From Camelus dromedarius (lineage: Eukaryota), in contig NC_087437.1 of the NCBI RefSeq assembly GCF_036321535.1, positions 20,276,001-20,340,000 on the forward strand: 64,000 bases of DNA, written 5' to 3'. A program made the position numbers and the translations under genes. The notes under the pieces were generated by a model. It searched no databases, was not told the DNA's origin, and worked only from the letters and a program-made list of their open reading frames with translations. Positions 34,624-48,100 of this stretch are shown piece by piece; position 1 is the first letter of the stretch, and each line of letters starts with the position of its first letter.

Positions 34624-34815
34624 CAGCGGTGCCTTAGTGAATGGCTAACAAGCAGCTTTGGGGGGAGGAGGTCTAATTTGTAGCATTTGCTGATTCCCAG
34701 GATGGAAATACTCCCACATGGCTGATTTTAAGCCACCAATGTGACGTCAGTGAACTCCGAGTTGGGAAGACATGCTGCCAGCGGGCTTTTTCCAGCCAGC
34801 TCTGGCACACCACTG
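34624..34815. mobile_element. MER63-like (hAT-Blackjack) MITE
   Basis: Termini cagcggtg and cacaccactg. Internal tttgtagcatttgctgatt...aatactcccacatggctgattt...gtgacgtcagtgaactccgagttgggaaga. Confidence 0.75.
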
Positions 34816-37189
34816 TTCACAGGTCGGCTACCAAGAGCAACCCAGGAGCACCTTCACCCATGAACTTGGGTGGGCCAGGAATTTTCAGAACATGCGTTGG
34901 GAACCATCTAGAAGAGAATATAGGAAAAGAGTGTTTCTCAGGCTGATCTGACTATGGTACACTTGACCTCATAAAGCATCCTTGTGACCAGCATTCACTT
35001 TGGGAAATGTTCGCCTCAGTCTGAGATAAGAACCTGGAGCCTCTTTTTAAGGATAAAAAGCTTGTAGTTTATTAAAGTCATGATGTATCTTCATAACAGC
35101 AATAGATAGAAGTCATGAATATTAGTTGATATGGTTAAAAAATAAATCTTTTCACAGATATCCAAGAAAAGTATAGGTAACCTTTCACTAAAAGGTCATA
35201 AAATTAATTTACGTCCATGTTTACTAAATGATCAGCCTCAGTTTTGTAAGCTATAGAAACCACAATTCTTGTATCCTTGTATCAGAAGAACAAGAATGTT
35301 TCTGAATGCTTGTAATCTGTATTTTGATTGGGGATCATACAGTGGACTTTGAAAGGCTTTATTTAGAATATATGTGTACTTAATATACATTAATTAATAA
35401 AAATGAATGGTTTTTAATGTCTTTTTTTAAAGGCACTTTGTTAGTGCCTCTTCCAGAAGAACCCTCTCGAACCAAGCAGTTAACTTCATCCTAGGCGTGA
35501 CACTTCTGAGACCCTGCTCCATTTCGCTCTAGGCCCATCCAGTCCAACGGCCCACTTAGTATCACGCCTTCAGTTTCCGGTTTGTCTCCCCATGATCTTG
35601 GGCACAAAGGCAAGACCTCAGAGGTTCAGCCATCTTCCAAGGCCAAGAAAAGCGGTGGCGCCCAAGCATGCAGAGACGGCCCCAGACAGAGGGCGCCAGA
35701 GCGTGGGTGTGATGCCCTCAGTGACTGGCCAGCAGAGTGGTGACACCTACAGGCTGGAGCTGGCTGCTGTCCTGCACACTGAGAGGCTGGGTTGCCAAAG
35801 GGAAGTGGAAAAGATAAAGGGTCCAACGTTGTCTTCCAAGCCGAGTACCATGGGCGGCGCATGGCATCCCCGGGAAACCTTCTCCTCTCTGCTGGTTATT
35901 CACTGAGTTAACAGCCTGGCTTGAAACTCACTCTGGGTCCATCCCATCCAGCTGGGGCCAGAACATTTAGCAAAGCAAACCAAGGGACAAACCTTCCAAA
36001 GAGCCTCTCTGGGTCTCTGTCATGATCTTAAAATGTTTAAGAAATGTTAAAATCTAAAAATCTTTTCCCTTTTAACAAATTTTGTCAGGGGAATCACTAT
36101 TAATACATGTATTTTATTAAGTACTAACTAGGTGCCTGGAACTGTGATGTGCTTTAGATGCATTATTTTATTTTAACCTCACAAAATTTTTATTAGATTT
36201 ATATCTCCATTTACAAAGTGCAAAAAGGCTAAGTGAATTATCTGAGGCAACGTGATGCCCAAGTTCAGGATTGCCCAGGCTCAAACTGGTGCTTTTAACT
36301 CATATATCAGTCCCAAAGTGGGTCCCAGCATAATTACAACCACAGAGCTACTTGGAGAACTTTATGAGGGCAAGATTGGGTGCTAACACACATTGGTCAC
36401 ATTGCAAAGACTTCCCTACGTGCCTGTGAACTTCACCAGTACCTTTGCTGGACATAGGCCCTCGGCCTTGGCTCCCAAGTTCTACAGACACAGTCCTCTG
36501 ACCTCAGTCAGGGCCTTCAGCCCAGTTCTCTCCTCTCTAAAAGCCAGGAAGGTAGCCCCAGAAGACTTCTGTGAATTGACCTTGAGTTCCCTTCTTCAAG
36601 GTCACATTGTCAAACCATTATTCCTGTTCTACTCTTCACTTTATCTGCCTTTCCCCTTTTAATTACCACAAATGATTACAGTCACTTAATAGCTGCACAA
36701 TCAAGTCATAAGCGCCTACCACTTTCTTGGGATGAAGTTAAACACTACACACACCTGCACATACCCCTATGCACACACACATTCTCACGATGCCTTGTAA
36801 AACCACTTACTAGTCACGGTTCCACTGTTACGTGAGCATCTCCCTGAGCTCTCACTTCCTCATTCATGAAATGGTGATCATGGTACCTTTCTTAAAGGAC
36901 TCTTGTGATAATTAAATGAGATAATTTCCATAAAGAGTCTGCCACCATGCCCAGTCCTTTAGGCATTCACTAAATAATCAGTGTCAACACAGCTACGACC
37001 AATACCCACTAGTCATAGTGTCCCCCCTCCCCATTCATCCAGTCCTTCCTTCATCCACTCACTCACTCACTCACTCATTCAGCGGTTCTGGGGTCCAGCC
37101 TGGACAACACTCTCCATGGGTGGCCTCCTTGTTATCTCCTCAATGTGGGGTTTTCAGAAAGAGGGGAAGGGGAAAGAGCAGGGAGACGC

Positions 37190-37392
37190 TTGCTTTGGCC
37201 AGGCACTTCCTTCACTGGCCTTTTCTAACTTAATCCTGCCAGCTGTCCCTTGTGGAGAACATCTTCATCTTCATTTTATAAATAAAGGAACTGAGTTCAA
37301 GAGAGATTGTCTCCTGTCAAGGTCATACAGCTGGTGAGCGGCAGAGCCTCACCGATGTGGGATTCTGAACACGGTGCTTGTGCTACTGAACC
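37190..37392 (-). mobile_element. MIR SINE
   Basis: gccaggcac...cattttataaataaaggaactgag...aaggtcatacagctggtgagcggcagagc. Confidence 0.65.
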
Positions 37393-37794
37393 AAGCGTCT
37401 GCCCACATGGCTAGGAAATAACCAGCCTTCAAGAGTGAAACGCTGCCTTTGAAGAAACAACATAAGTGTGCCGGTTCCAGAGCCCAGTGACAAATACTGT
37501 TTTCCTTTTTAGTGCCTTGGGCTACAACCAATCCCAAAGCACACAGCAGATAGGTACTGTGAAATCCTGGTCGGACAACTACAGTTCCAAAAATAAAATG
37601 CGTGCTAAAAAATCATATAAACCAGGGAGAGTCTAAAAGTCAACAGGAGAGCAAACCATGTGGAAATACAAACTTAGAAACAAGGGCAAATGGGTCTCCT
37701 CTCCCAGAGCAATAACGCCAGCAAGTCATCCCCCAGGTCTCTGTTGACCTCTGTGTCCTGGAATCTGTGATGATCCTGAGAGCAACCTGGAGTC

Positions 37795-38105
37795 TTCATT
37801 CATTCATTTGTCTATTCGTTGCCCAAAGATGTTCCACAGTCCTTACTCAGTGCCTCTTGTGAGCCATACACTGTGCAAGGCACCGGGTCAACAGCAATAC
37901 CAGCTCCCCACCTTTGCTCAGTGTCTAGTCGAGTGGAGGACAGAAATAATTATTAAATCACCCCATAGATAAGGATACAATTGCACTTACAAGCACTGCA
38001 AAGGAGGTACCTCTGGAGCTAAGAGTATCTATAATAGAGTGAATTGCCATCATCAGAAGGCCAAATATTCCCTAAAGAAGTGATGATTAAGTTGATAGAA
38101 GAGGC
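37795..38105. mobile_element. L2 3'-end fragment
   Basis: ttcattcattcattt tail, then ttactcagtgcct...actgtgcaaggcac...gtctagt...cctaaagaagtgatg. Confidence 0.55.
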
Positions 38106-38999
38106 AGAAATGGGAAGTGTACTGGTCAAGGTTCTTAGCTGCAAATGAGGAAGTTAACCTTTAGGTAATTGAAGGCAGCAGACATTTATGAACATTGGGA
38201 AGATGAGAGAATCTGAGCTTCCAGAAACACCTCCCAGTAGTGCCTTCCCCAGCAGAAATGAACCGAGGCCTGAGCACAGATATGGGCTGAGGATCTGGAA
38301 GGCTTTCCATCTTGCTTTTCTCTCTCCATTTCCTCCCCTAGGACTCACTCCAAAACTCCCTGTGGTTCCACTTCCTGAAACACCACATCTCAGCCAGGAT
38401 GCACACCCTGATGGAGAGTCAGTGAGTAGAGTAGGCACGGGGCTTCTCTAATCCAAATGGGCTCAGATTTTGTCCATTAAGATTATGCTACTCCCGTTGC
38501 TCAAAATCCACCAAGAGACTCCTATAACCTCAAGACAGAGTGAAACCGCTGCATGGCTCATGATATGGTTAATCAGCTGGCCACCACCTACTTACTTATA
38601 ACAGACACACCCTCACCACTCCTCCTGTGCGAAATCCTGCAGTCCAGAACTCATCCACGTGCCCATCAGACTTAGCTCAGCATGGGGTAAGGTGGCTGGG
38701 GATCCTGCAGTGATCTCAAGGAGCAGGCTGCTTTCTGAAAAAGTGGCTATTTATCTGCAACCCTGGCGATGGACAGCGGCAAGCCCTCTCAGACATGACC
38801 TGCTTGAAAATTGAAAAACTGCATTGTCTCATTTCCTTCTGTGAATAAATGATAAAGTAACTCTTCACTTTACAAAAATATGTCAACTCTGTCACTAGGC
38901 GGGAGAGCACTTTGATTAAAAAGGCCCGCTGGTGCTTCTCCATCTCTCAACAATAGCTGGATAGTTAGCATGAAAGTCGGGGGTGGGGGTGGGGGGCGC

Positions 39000-39130
39000 G
39001 GGGGGAGGGAGGGGGCCAGAAGTAGAGCGCATGCTTAGCATGCAGGAGGTCCTGGGTTCAACCCCCAGTGCCTGTATAAACAAAAAACAAACAAACCTAA
39101 TTACCTCCTCCCCTCACCGCTCCCCCCTCC
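39000..39130 (+). mobile_element. tRNA-Ala-derived camelid SINE (Vic-1-type), A box eroded
   Basis: gtagagcgcatgcttagcatgcaggaggtcctGGGTTCAACCCCcagtgcct, then an A-rich stretch and aaacctaattacctcc. Same family as the copies at 56266 and 58524. Confidence 0.85.
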
Positions 39131-40424
39131 AGAAAACAGTCTGGTTCTAGCAGATTCTGAAACAGGCTTCTTTCACTATCAGGTATCTCAGGCTTAGAGC
39201 GGGTCTGACAGAGGGGCAGTGGGACAGTCTGCGCACCACCAGGAACTCTTGCGAGGGTTTTCAGAGATGGGCAACTTGGCTGCATGTCTAGCTTACCTAC
39301 ACCAGCTGTGCTGCCAGTGTTCCCCAACTCCTTCACACAAGAGGAAATATGGTATCCAGGCACAAGGATAAAGGTGGTGTCAATGAAGTGCATTGAAGAA
39401 TAGCCGCTTCTAGCTGAGAAAATAAACTTAAGGTACCAGTTTCGGAACTGTGCGCTAGCTGGTGTGGAACCTCTGAATTTTCCCGAGGGTAGGGTAACAC
39501 GCTCATTCCGCACCTTCAGCCCATCTGGATGGCAACCTGGGTTTCTGCAGTAAGGACCCCAGGAGGATTCAGTCTGTACACAGTGAAACTGTATATTCGA
39601 CATAGGTCGGTGTGAATGTAACCTTCCACTGACATAAACTTCCCCCAGGGAAAGCTAAAGCAGACCAGCCTGAGGGCGTTTCTGTCCCGGGAGAGAGGGG
39701 AGGTATGGAAGGAGAGGCCTGGGACGTGCGCGCCCAGGATGGTGGCACAGCTCGTGTGCACATCACATGGCTATGAGGGATTTATATTCTTCTGGATGAA
39801 AAGCATTTCCCTCAAATGGGCTATTCTGTTTTAGACAAAATCATGCACCTTAAAAACATCTCCAAAGTCATAGAACTCAGGGCTTCCAGGACTCTTGTTT
39901 TGACTAATACACCTGAGAAAGAGAGAGGAGAAAGGGAGGGACATTAGGAGGGAGGGAGGGAGGGAGAAGTAAGAAAATCAGCCTTTCTACCCCTCGGCTC
40001 CTTTATAGATTCCACTGACTGTAAGATGAGTTCTAGCCCCAAAATGGCAGAAAATATTATAAGTTTTTGTAGATTTAGATGTCAAAGGATTAATAGTAGG
40101 CATTAAAAAAAAAACACACATAATCAGCTATGCCAAAGAAATCCTCAGTTAAAAATAACTAGACAATTGTTATATAATCATAATTGAAGCGATAATTTCT
40201 TCAAAAATACTTCATAATAAACAGCATTGTGTGTGTGTGCGTGTTTGTGTGTGTGTGTGCGACAGAGAGAAACAGAGAGAGAAAGAATGGTTAACACTGG
40301 AAATATTCTGAACAGGAATCTGCACTCCAGGGAGGGGTGTTTAAATTCTTTAGATATCAGTATTAAAATCTATACAGGAGGTTTGTTTACTAACTAAAGA
40401 AAGATCATAAATATTTTTCAGAAC

Positions 40425-41470
40425 CCAAGAGGAAAATGGACAAAGAATATGAACAGACAATTCAAAGAAGAGGAAACTCAAGTGGCTAAAATGCATATAA
40501 AAATATTCTCAAACCCATTAGCACTGATAGAAATGCAAATTTGAACCAAAATCAGATATCAAACTGGCAAAAATTAGAGAGCTGGATAGTATCAAAAGTT
40601 ACTGGAGCCCAAACACCCTCGTGCACCGCTGGTGGGAACACAGGCAGAGACAGCCCCTCTGGAGAGCAAGCAGCTCCACCACCCAGGACCCAGGCCTCCA
40701 TTCTGACAATCCGCAGAGAAGCTCTCTTGGATCCACCAGGTAAGTGGGATGTTTGTTGCAACATCATCTGTGGTACCCAGGAGTTGAGGCCATCTAAAGA
40801 CATGTAAGTAAACGCAGTGGGATGTGAAGCAGGGCTGAGAAACAGAAGATGGGACTTAAGGCGTTGAGTAGCAGGTAGTAGTGTGTGCTCCCCACCCCGT
40901 CAGAACGGAAGCATTATTCCTCCAGCCCCCGGAACTGTTGGCCACTGAGCTCTTACCTACACCCCTCTCCAAGAATTGCTCTCAGTCAGAGCAAGTCCTC
41001 ACCCCAGTCACAGTTCCAGGGAAGCCCATGTCCAATAAATGGTTGATGCCTTGAAGCCAGGCCCATTGCCCTAAATCAGGACAACACTGGCTGCCCCAGC
41101 TCCAGGGCTCCCTATGAGGTCCCTGTCATCCGCATTACAGGGCAGTTTCTGCCACTGCCCAGTCCTGCTTCTCTCCCTCGTCCCCTCCCTCTCTCTCCGG
41201 GGTTGATCCTGAAGCACAGAACATTCCCAGTAAACTTCCTTCATGCTAATCTCTATCTCAGAGTCTGTTTCCTGAGAAATCCAACCTAACACACATAGGA
41301 ACATGAGTAGATCATATAAAAGCAGTGATAATGAAAGGAAAAAAAAAGTCACAGAGTGAGATCTGTAGCCCAATAGAATCAATATAAATTAACAAGGGAT
41401 GGACACAAAACTATACACTTTTTCAAGAACACCTACAGATAAAAGAACCTACATGACATGGATTACCCAT
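40425..41470 (+). mobile_element. Ancient L1M 3' fragment, interrupted by an LTR16-like element
   Basis: gaaaatggacaaagaatatgaacagacaattcaaagaagaggaaactcaagtggctaa...gaaatgcaaatt...gctggtgggaa. Confidence 0.65.
40880..41293 (+). mobile_element. LTR16-like (ERVL) solo LTR
   Basis: 3' end cccagtaaacttccttcatgctaatctctatctcagagtctgtttcctgagaaatccaacctaacaca is characteristic. Confidence 0.7.
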
Positions 41471-42129
41471 GCAAGGGAGGACAGAGCAGGAGCGGGAAGG
41501 GGGCCTTGAACAAAGACCAATGATGACAGCATGACATGAAGGGTTCACTGAGTCAAGTTTCTTCCACCTGAGGTCCAGATTAGTACTACCACTAATAATA
41601 ACAATAAAATAATTTGAATTGATGAAATGCGGGGTGGTTCAGGATATGTGGTTGCCTGCAGAGATGGCTGGGGTCTCCATGGCTCTTGTATTAAGAACAA
41701 GAAAAAAGCAATCATGGCAGCCTGCTTCCATCAGACTAACACTGGGGTCTGGAGCTCCACTGGCCCTGGGAGCCCCCACATCCATCCATCCCCCAGCTTT
41801 ATAGCTGGCTGGTCCTACGATCAGAATGCCTTGAATAGCTTTGGGTCTGCCCGGGAGTGAACCTTTCATTCAAGGCATTCATAGCAGTCACTCAGGATGG
41901 AGTGAGGACTTCCTTGTCTACAAGCAGAGTTCGTGCAACTGTTTTGTGACTTCTTGTACCTTTCTCAGAATTGAATTTAGAACATGTTTCTGCTGTTCTT
42001 CTGCAGTAAAACTGTGGAGAGGAGAAATACAGCCCCACCAACCTCTGATTACCAGATTCAACTAGGACTGGCCCCAGGGTAATTGCTGAACAGCCAAACC
42101 AGCCGCATGGCGGGGACCAGCTCTCTCTT

Positions 42130-42562
42130 TCTCAAATTCCCTTGCTTTTCTTCCTGGCGAGCAATTCCCAGGCCTCCTCCTTGCTACAGGGCTACACTGG
42201 GCGTGGTCCTGTGATGACATTCTAGCCAATGGCACGTGCATGGAAGTGACAGCAGTCACTCCAAGCCTGACCTTAGAAACTTCCTATAAACAGTCAGTCC
42301 TCCAGGCTCTTTCCCTACTGACTTTGGGCACAGGTCAACGTGTATCCTTGGGAGCAATGGTCAATGACGGCAGGACCAGCAGATGGGCCACTTAAGGCAG
42401 AGATGCCCGCTGATCAGGAACACTTGCCCTGGACTTTACGTGAGGCAAGTTCAAAAGGAATCAGAGCACACTGTAGAAGAAAGCTGGGAAATGTGGCATA
42501 TCACAGTCTGGTAATCATATACATTTGGTTTGTGTGTTAAAGCTTCTAGCATTTCCTTACTT
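42130..42562 (+). mobile_element. MLT1-type LTR remnant
   Basis: ttctagccaatgg...ggaagtgac...cactccaagcctg...ggactttacgtgag...tttgtgtgttaaagc. Confidence 0.55.
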
Positions 42563-42879
42563 AGGTTTCCGTTGGCTTGGTTAGCTCATGAATTAACCAA
42601 AAGAGTCCTCCTCACTTTATTTTTAAAATAACCAAAGATCCTTTTATTTAAAAACAAAAAAGGGGTAAATGCCCAGGTGTCAGACACAGAAGGTTATAAG
42701 AATGGAGCTGAGAAATGCTCTGAGAAGATGCTCTTTACAGGAAGGAAATCGTAAAGGGAGGCCAATTACAAATAATGTTGAGTGTTACTCATCCACTTGT
42801 CAAATAAACATGTACATGTTAAGTATTTAAATACATAAGTGCCTTTATTTTAACCCAGGTGATTTCAGCAAACCCTGAT

Positions 42880-43338
42880 AATGGCCTGTTCAGTATCTAT
42901 TCCCACTTCCTGCTTATGAACAGAACAGTTACAGCTACGAGTCTCCTGGTGCCCTTGCAGCTAAGCCTGGCCACTTCACTCAGCTCTGGCCAATAAGTAG
43001 GTGGGAGACGCTGAGGGAGATGTTCTTGCCTGAATTGAAAGGCAAGGCTTTGTTAGGAGGTAGCCTTTGCCCTCCCTCTTCTTCCTTATTCCTGCCAGGA
43101 ACATGGATGAGAGGACAGGAAGGAGCAGCAGCCACCTCGTAACCATCTGACAATAAGCCGGAGGCAGAAGGTAGGCGTGCTGAGGGTGACACTGCAGGGA
43201 GATGCAAAGGGCTCCTGGCGGCTTCGCTAAGCCAGAGTAACATCCTGGACCCCTCCCGCCTCTTCCCCACCCCAATTAGCTGTTAAGCCGAAGTTTGTTG
43301 GGTTTCTCTTATTTGCAAACAAATGGATTCCTGATACC
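42880..43338 (+). mobile_element. MLT1 (MLT1J-like) LTR
   Basis: ccttgcagctaag..tggccac...ctggccaataag...ttcctgccaggaacatggatg...gcagcagccacc...ttaagcc...gttgggtttctcttatttgca. Confidence 0.7.
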
Positions 43339-43908
43339 ATATATTCATCTTTCTTCTCATTTTCAAATATGAAGACTTTGGTCTTTAGAAAGAAGAGTGG
43401 TGAACTTAGGGTTCTATAAATTTATACAAATATTCTGTAAAGTAATTTATAGCTTTAAAAATGATATTCATACATTGGAAGTCTCAGAGAGAAAGAGTGA
43501 GAAAGAGAGAGAGAAATTATCTGGTAAGTAAAGATGTTTCTTAAATATCCAATATAAAAAACGTAATTGAAAATCTAAAACCCCATTTATAAAATTGTTT
43601 TTTAAAAACTTCTTTTAAAATGTCTTCTTCAGAAATAAATATGTTCTGACCAGAAAAAAAAAATGACATATATGCAAGTGTTTATAAAGAGCTGCAAATA
43701 ACTTCTATAAATTTCAAGGTAAATTCAAATCAAAAAATAAGATGTTATTATAATTAAATTCGTTTTAATTACTAATTTTATTTTTAAATATAACCTTTCA
43801 ATAAGAAAGTGATTTATATGCTATGAAAACTGGTAACATTCCAAAATTATTTTGAGATATAATAAGATGAGCTTAAGATAAACATAAAATAATATAATTT
43901 CTTCAAGG

Positions 43909-44723
43909 TGTGAAATAATAGAAAAAATAATAGAGACCAATATATATATATATTGGTCTCTGCCCCTGGTTCCTGACATAGGGCTCCTAAGACCCTTGAT
44001 ATTTCCTGGGATACAGGAGTGTCTTTTGTTCTAATGAGGTGACTCTTGGTGGGCTCCAGGATGAGGGCCAGTCACCAGAGAGATCATGCTGTGATTAGAT
44101 GCTTGGAACTTTTAACCCCACCCCATCCCTATCTTCTGGGAAGGGGAGAGAGGCTGGAGACTGAGTTAATGATTGATCTTGCCTATGTGATGAAGCCTCC
44201 ATAAAAGTCCCAATAGTATGAGCTTCAGAGAGCTTCTGGGTTGGTAAACACCTCTAATATGCCGGGAGGGGAGCACACCCTAACCCCATGGGGATAGGAG
44301 CTCCTATGTTCAGGATCCTTCCAGACCCTGTATCTTTTCATTTACATCCTTTATAGTTATATTCCTTATAATAAACCAGTGAACAGAAGTGTTTCCCTGA
44401 GTTCTGTGTGCCATTCCAGCAAATTATGGGGCCCAAGGAAGGGGTTGTGAGAATCCCAGTTTCTGCCCGATCAGTCAGAAGTACAGGCCACAACCTGAGA
44501 CTTTGCGTTCGACGCCTGAAGTGGGGCAGTCTCATGGAACTGAACCCTTAATTTGTGGCTCTGATGCTGAATCCAGGTAGACTGTGTCAGAATTGAAGTG
44601 AATTAAAGGACATCCAACTGGTGTCACAGAAAGTTGCTTGCTGCGTGGAAAACCCACTTATCTGTTGTCAGAAGTATGGTGAGTGTTTGAGTAAAGGGGA
44701 AACGGAGAGTATTTTTCTTTACA
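43909..44723 (+). mobile_element. Complete MER21-like solo LTR (815 bp)
   Basis: TG...CA termini and a perfect 5-bp TSD CAAGG (43904-43908 / 44724-44728). MER21 text ttggtctctgcccctggttcctgaca...gctcctaagacccttg. Internal AATAAA at 44370. Confidence 0.88.
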
Positions 44724-46329
44724 CAAGGCTAAAAACTGCTTTTTTAAAAAATGAAGAAAAAGTGTTACTTTCAATCTTGGCCTACGAAATGGTGGTGTCC
44801 AGGACAAGAAAAGGAAATGAATATATCCCTTGACTTTTCTTAAAAAAAAAAAAAAAAAATCTTACATATGAGCTTTATCTTCTCCAAATAACTGGGAATC
44901 CCAAACTTGGGAACTTTGTATTGAGTGCTTTTAGTTCCAAATATACTGGAAAATAAAACAGGGAAATCTAACATTTCATAATCTAATAATTTTCTTATAA
45001 ATTGAGATGAAAAGAAAATCTATTGGTGAATTAAGTTTTTGTTGGCACTCAATTCTTTACAAGTGACTGTGTGTTTTATCTCTGTAGTATTTGAGCACTT
45101 ACTACAGAAAGCAAAGATAGAAACATATCATGGCACATTTAAATCATACAGAGATTAGGTTTTACAGCAAAGGCAAAATAGCTAAGACTTTTCATGACTA
45201 TAATTTTTTGAATTTCCTATACTTATCTTCATATAAAAACAACCATAGTAAAAAATACTCTAGCTACTCTTAATTAAGTTAATACTGGAAAATATATAAA
45301 CGTAGTATCAGTGTCATAATGTTACAAGTATATGTCAACATCTAAACAATGAGGGTTTTTAAAAAGTAAATTGCTACCAGTGAAACCACACATAGATGCA
45401 TTTCCATTTATATTTGTCTAGACAATTTTCAATAAAAGTGTTTCACTGATACTTGTTAATATCAATTGTCAGGTATTTTATTATTGTTTTGCTTGTATTT
45501 CATGACATAAATTCACTCTGGGGACTTCGGATGAGTACAGTGTTGAGCACGGGCAGAGACAGGTACTGGGCACCATACTGTAGAGATGTACTCCTCTGCA
45601 TTCCTAAAGCCCATGCAGTTAGATGGGGCTGCACGAATCAGGGCTGTGAATCAAAGCGGTTCATATTGCTTCTAGGGCAAAGCACTGGAAAGCCAGCACA
45701 TGACAAATCAGCTCTCTTCTTCCCTGCTAAAGTGACTGCAGAAGCCAAATGTTCTAGATGGTGTAGCTTCAAGATGGTAGACTCTGTCAGCCTGGATCCC
45801 AAGTAACCGTGTGGAGCAGAACTCCCACTGGCCCATGGTGGACATGAAGTATGAGTGGGAAATAAGCCTTTCTTGTGTTAAGCTACATAGCATTATTCTG
45901 GGTAACTAACTGAAAGAAGGAATAACTGTATTCATCTAAATAGAATGCAACACAAAATCAATTATCTTGTATTTGTCTACATTCTCTACTAATTGCATGG
46001 AATATCTATCTCAAATACTGAGAACCCAATGGTTTTATATTTCCTCCAGTCCCCCTGAGGAAAAATTAAAATAAAGTGGAAGTTGTTTTCTCCTTCAAAT
46101 TACTACTACAATAGCCAGATGATGCCAAAGTGGAAAAATTACCTGGAACTGTAAAAAGGAAATCATGCTTGCCATTTTGGAGGCTTCCCCAACAATCAGA
46201 GGTTCCTTGGAAGCTCTGTCTGATCCTAGCCTGTTCTAGGATCATGCCCAAATTTAGGAAAACGTCCCTGGAGACTGATCTGCCTTCTACATTTTGACCA
46301 TTTCTTCACCATGTCCTATGCATATTCCT

Positions 46330-46960
46330 CCACTTCTTGCCTTCAGTGTTACATTTCACAGTTTGGTGCTATGTCCTCAACTCTTTCCATGTCATGCTCT
46401 CTCCTTTGAAGAGCTCGTGCATGCCTGTGGCTTCACTGACTTCCAAAAGTCTCTTCTATGGCAGATCCCTCTCCAGCACCATGGATGCATCTGGTCCCCT
46501 TCACGGCACATCGGCACTGAGATGTCCTGCCAGAACCTCAAACAGCTTATCCCTCCCCAACAAACCTGCTTCTCTTCCTCTGTCCCCTCTCTCAACATCA
46601 CACCAACCCAGACACCTGAAGCATGATCCCTGAAAATCTCCATTCATGCAGTCCTTTTTTTCTCTATTTCTTATTTTTCCCCCAATATCTGGACCTTCTC
46701 TCTTCTCACAGACAGCTACTCTTAGCCATACTGCTGCACCAGCTCCCATCTTAATTACCCCCACTCCTATCTAATTCAACATGGCTTCAAGTGAACTTTC
46801 AAAAAGCAGATCTCACCTGCCGCTTTGGCTTCCCCATCAGCCAGGGCAGAGTCCTTTTAGCATGGTACTCCAGGCCCTTTGTGACCACATCTCTGCGTCT
46901 TTATTGAGGCTCTTTTCTCTCCACTCCTCTCCTGATACTCTGAGCTTCAGCTCAAACTAC
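46330..46960. mobile_element. L2 fragment
   Basis: Pyrimidine-rich L2-like text: ccctccccaacaaacctgcttctc...gaactttcaaaaagcagatctca...agcatggtactccaggccctt. Confidence 0.5.
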
Positions 46961-47079
46961 TTGTGCGTCCCTGGACTGTACGTACATCCATATCTCTGGA
47001 ACAGTAAACTTGATCATGATTCTTATGCTATAGAGCACAAACCTGTAGCAATACTGCAAACAGAGAATATGTCTGTGTG

Positions 47080-48030
47080 GGAAATAGCGTGTTTTAAATG
47101 CCCCATGTATCAGGACATAGCTGAGTGCAGCTGATGCAATTTGTCCTCCAAAAAATCTGGAAGTTTCAGATAAAACTGTATACAAATTACCACTGATGCA
47201 GGAAAATGATCTGAAGAAATCTGTCTGTTGAAATTTCGTAATTGTGTGTTTTGTGAATTGTGATTTCACAGTTATGCAATTGAATACAAAGTACTGGCAT
47301 TCAAAAGGATATGTGAATTTCCTTTGTATAATTCTTAATTGTAGATCAATTTTGTATAATTTTCAGAATTAATGATCATTCTAAAACTAAAATACGACAG
47401 GAGGAAATTATCCTAGGGGAAGCCAAAAATATCAACTGAACAACAGACTAATAAAGGCTTCCAAATGTCTAAACCTCTTACATCACACTAGACTAAAATG
47501 CTGCTCATCCAGGCGAAGATAAGGAAGGAATCATATTAGCTAAAAAGTATAGATAATGAAACAACAGGAGAGATGAAAGAGATTATGAGAATCAGACACT
47601 ACCAAACAAGAAACAAAAGAGCAAGAAGAAAAGAATATATGATCTACATACTGGAGAGAGAAGTTTTTTCCAGATTTACAATTCTCACATTACTCTGAAG
47701 ATACATGAGGATGAAAGAAACTTTCCTCATCTACAAATAATACAAAGCAATTTTGGACAAACTATGCAAAAGGAATGACTGAAACATCTCTCTGCCCTCC
47801 CTAGAAGATAACATAAAATTGTTACCACATGAAGAGATGATCAAAGAATAAGTTATCAAAATAAGTTAGTAAAATATTAACACAGTTATAGAGCTGTGTC
47901 TGACTGTTGATTCAAGCACAATATTATTTTTCTGGTCTTGTCAGCTTTTAAACATATGAAATTTGATATAATTTCTTTCTTATTGTAAGTAAATATCTAC
48001 TCATTTTGTAGTCATGATCAATAAAGAGCA
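47080..48030 (+). mobile_element. hAT (Arthur1/Tip100-like) transposon remnant
   Basis: Similar to the 59100-59585 copy (actatgcaaaaggaatgactgaa...aaaattgttaccacatgaagagatgatcaaagaa). Decayed hAT dimerisation-domain coding sequence. Confidence 0.6.
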
Positions 48031-48100
48031 AGCAGAAGTTGAGTCCACTCTCTGATGGGGGAACCCCCTTAATACTGACCTGGATCCTTGGACTTTTTTT

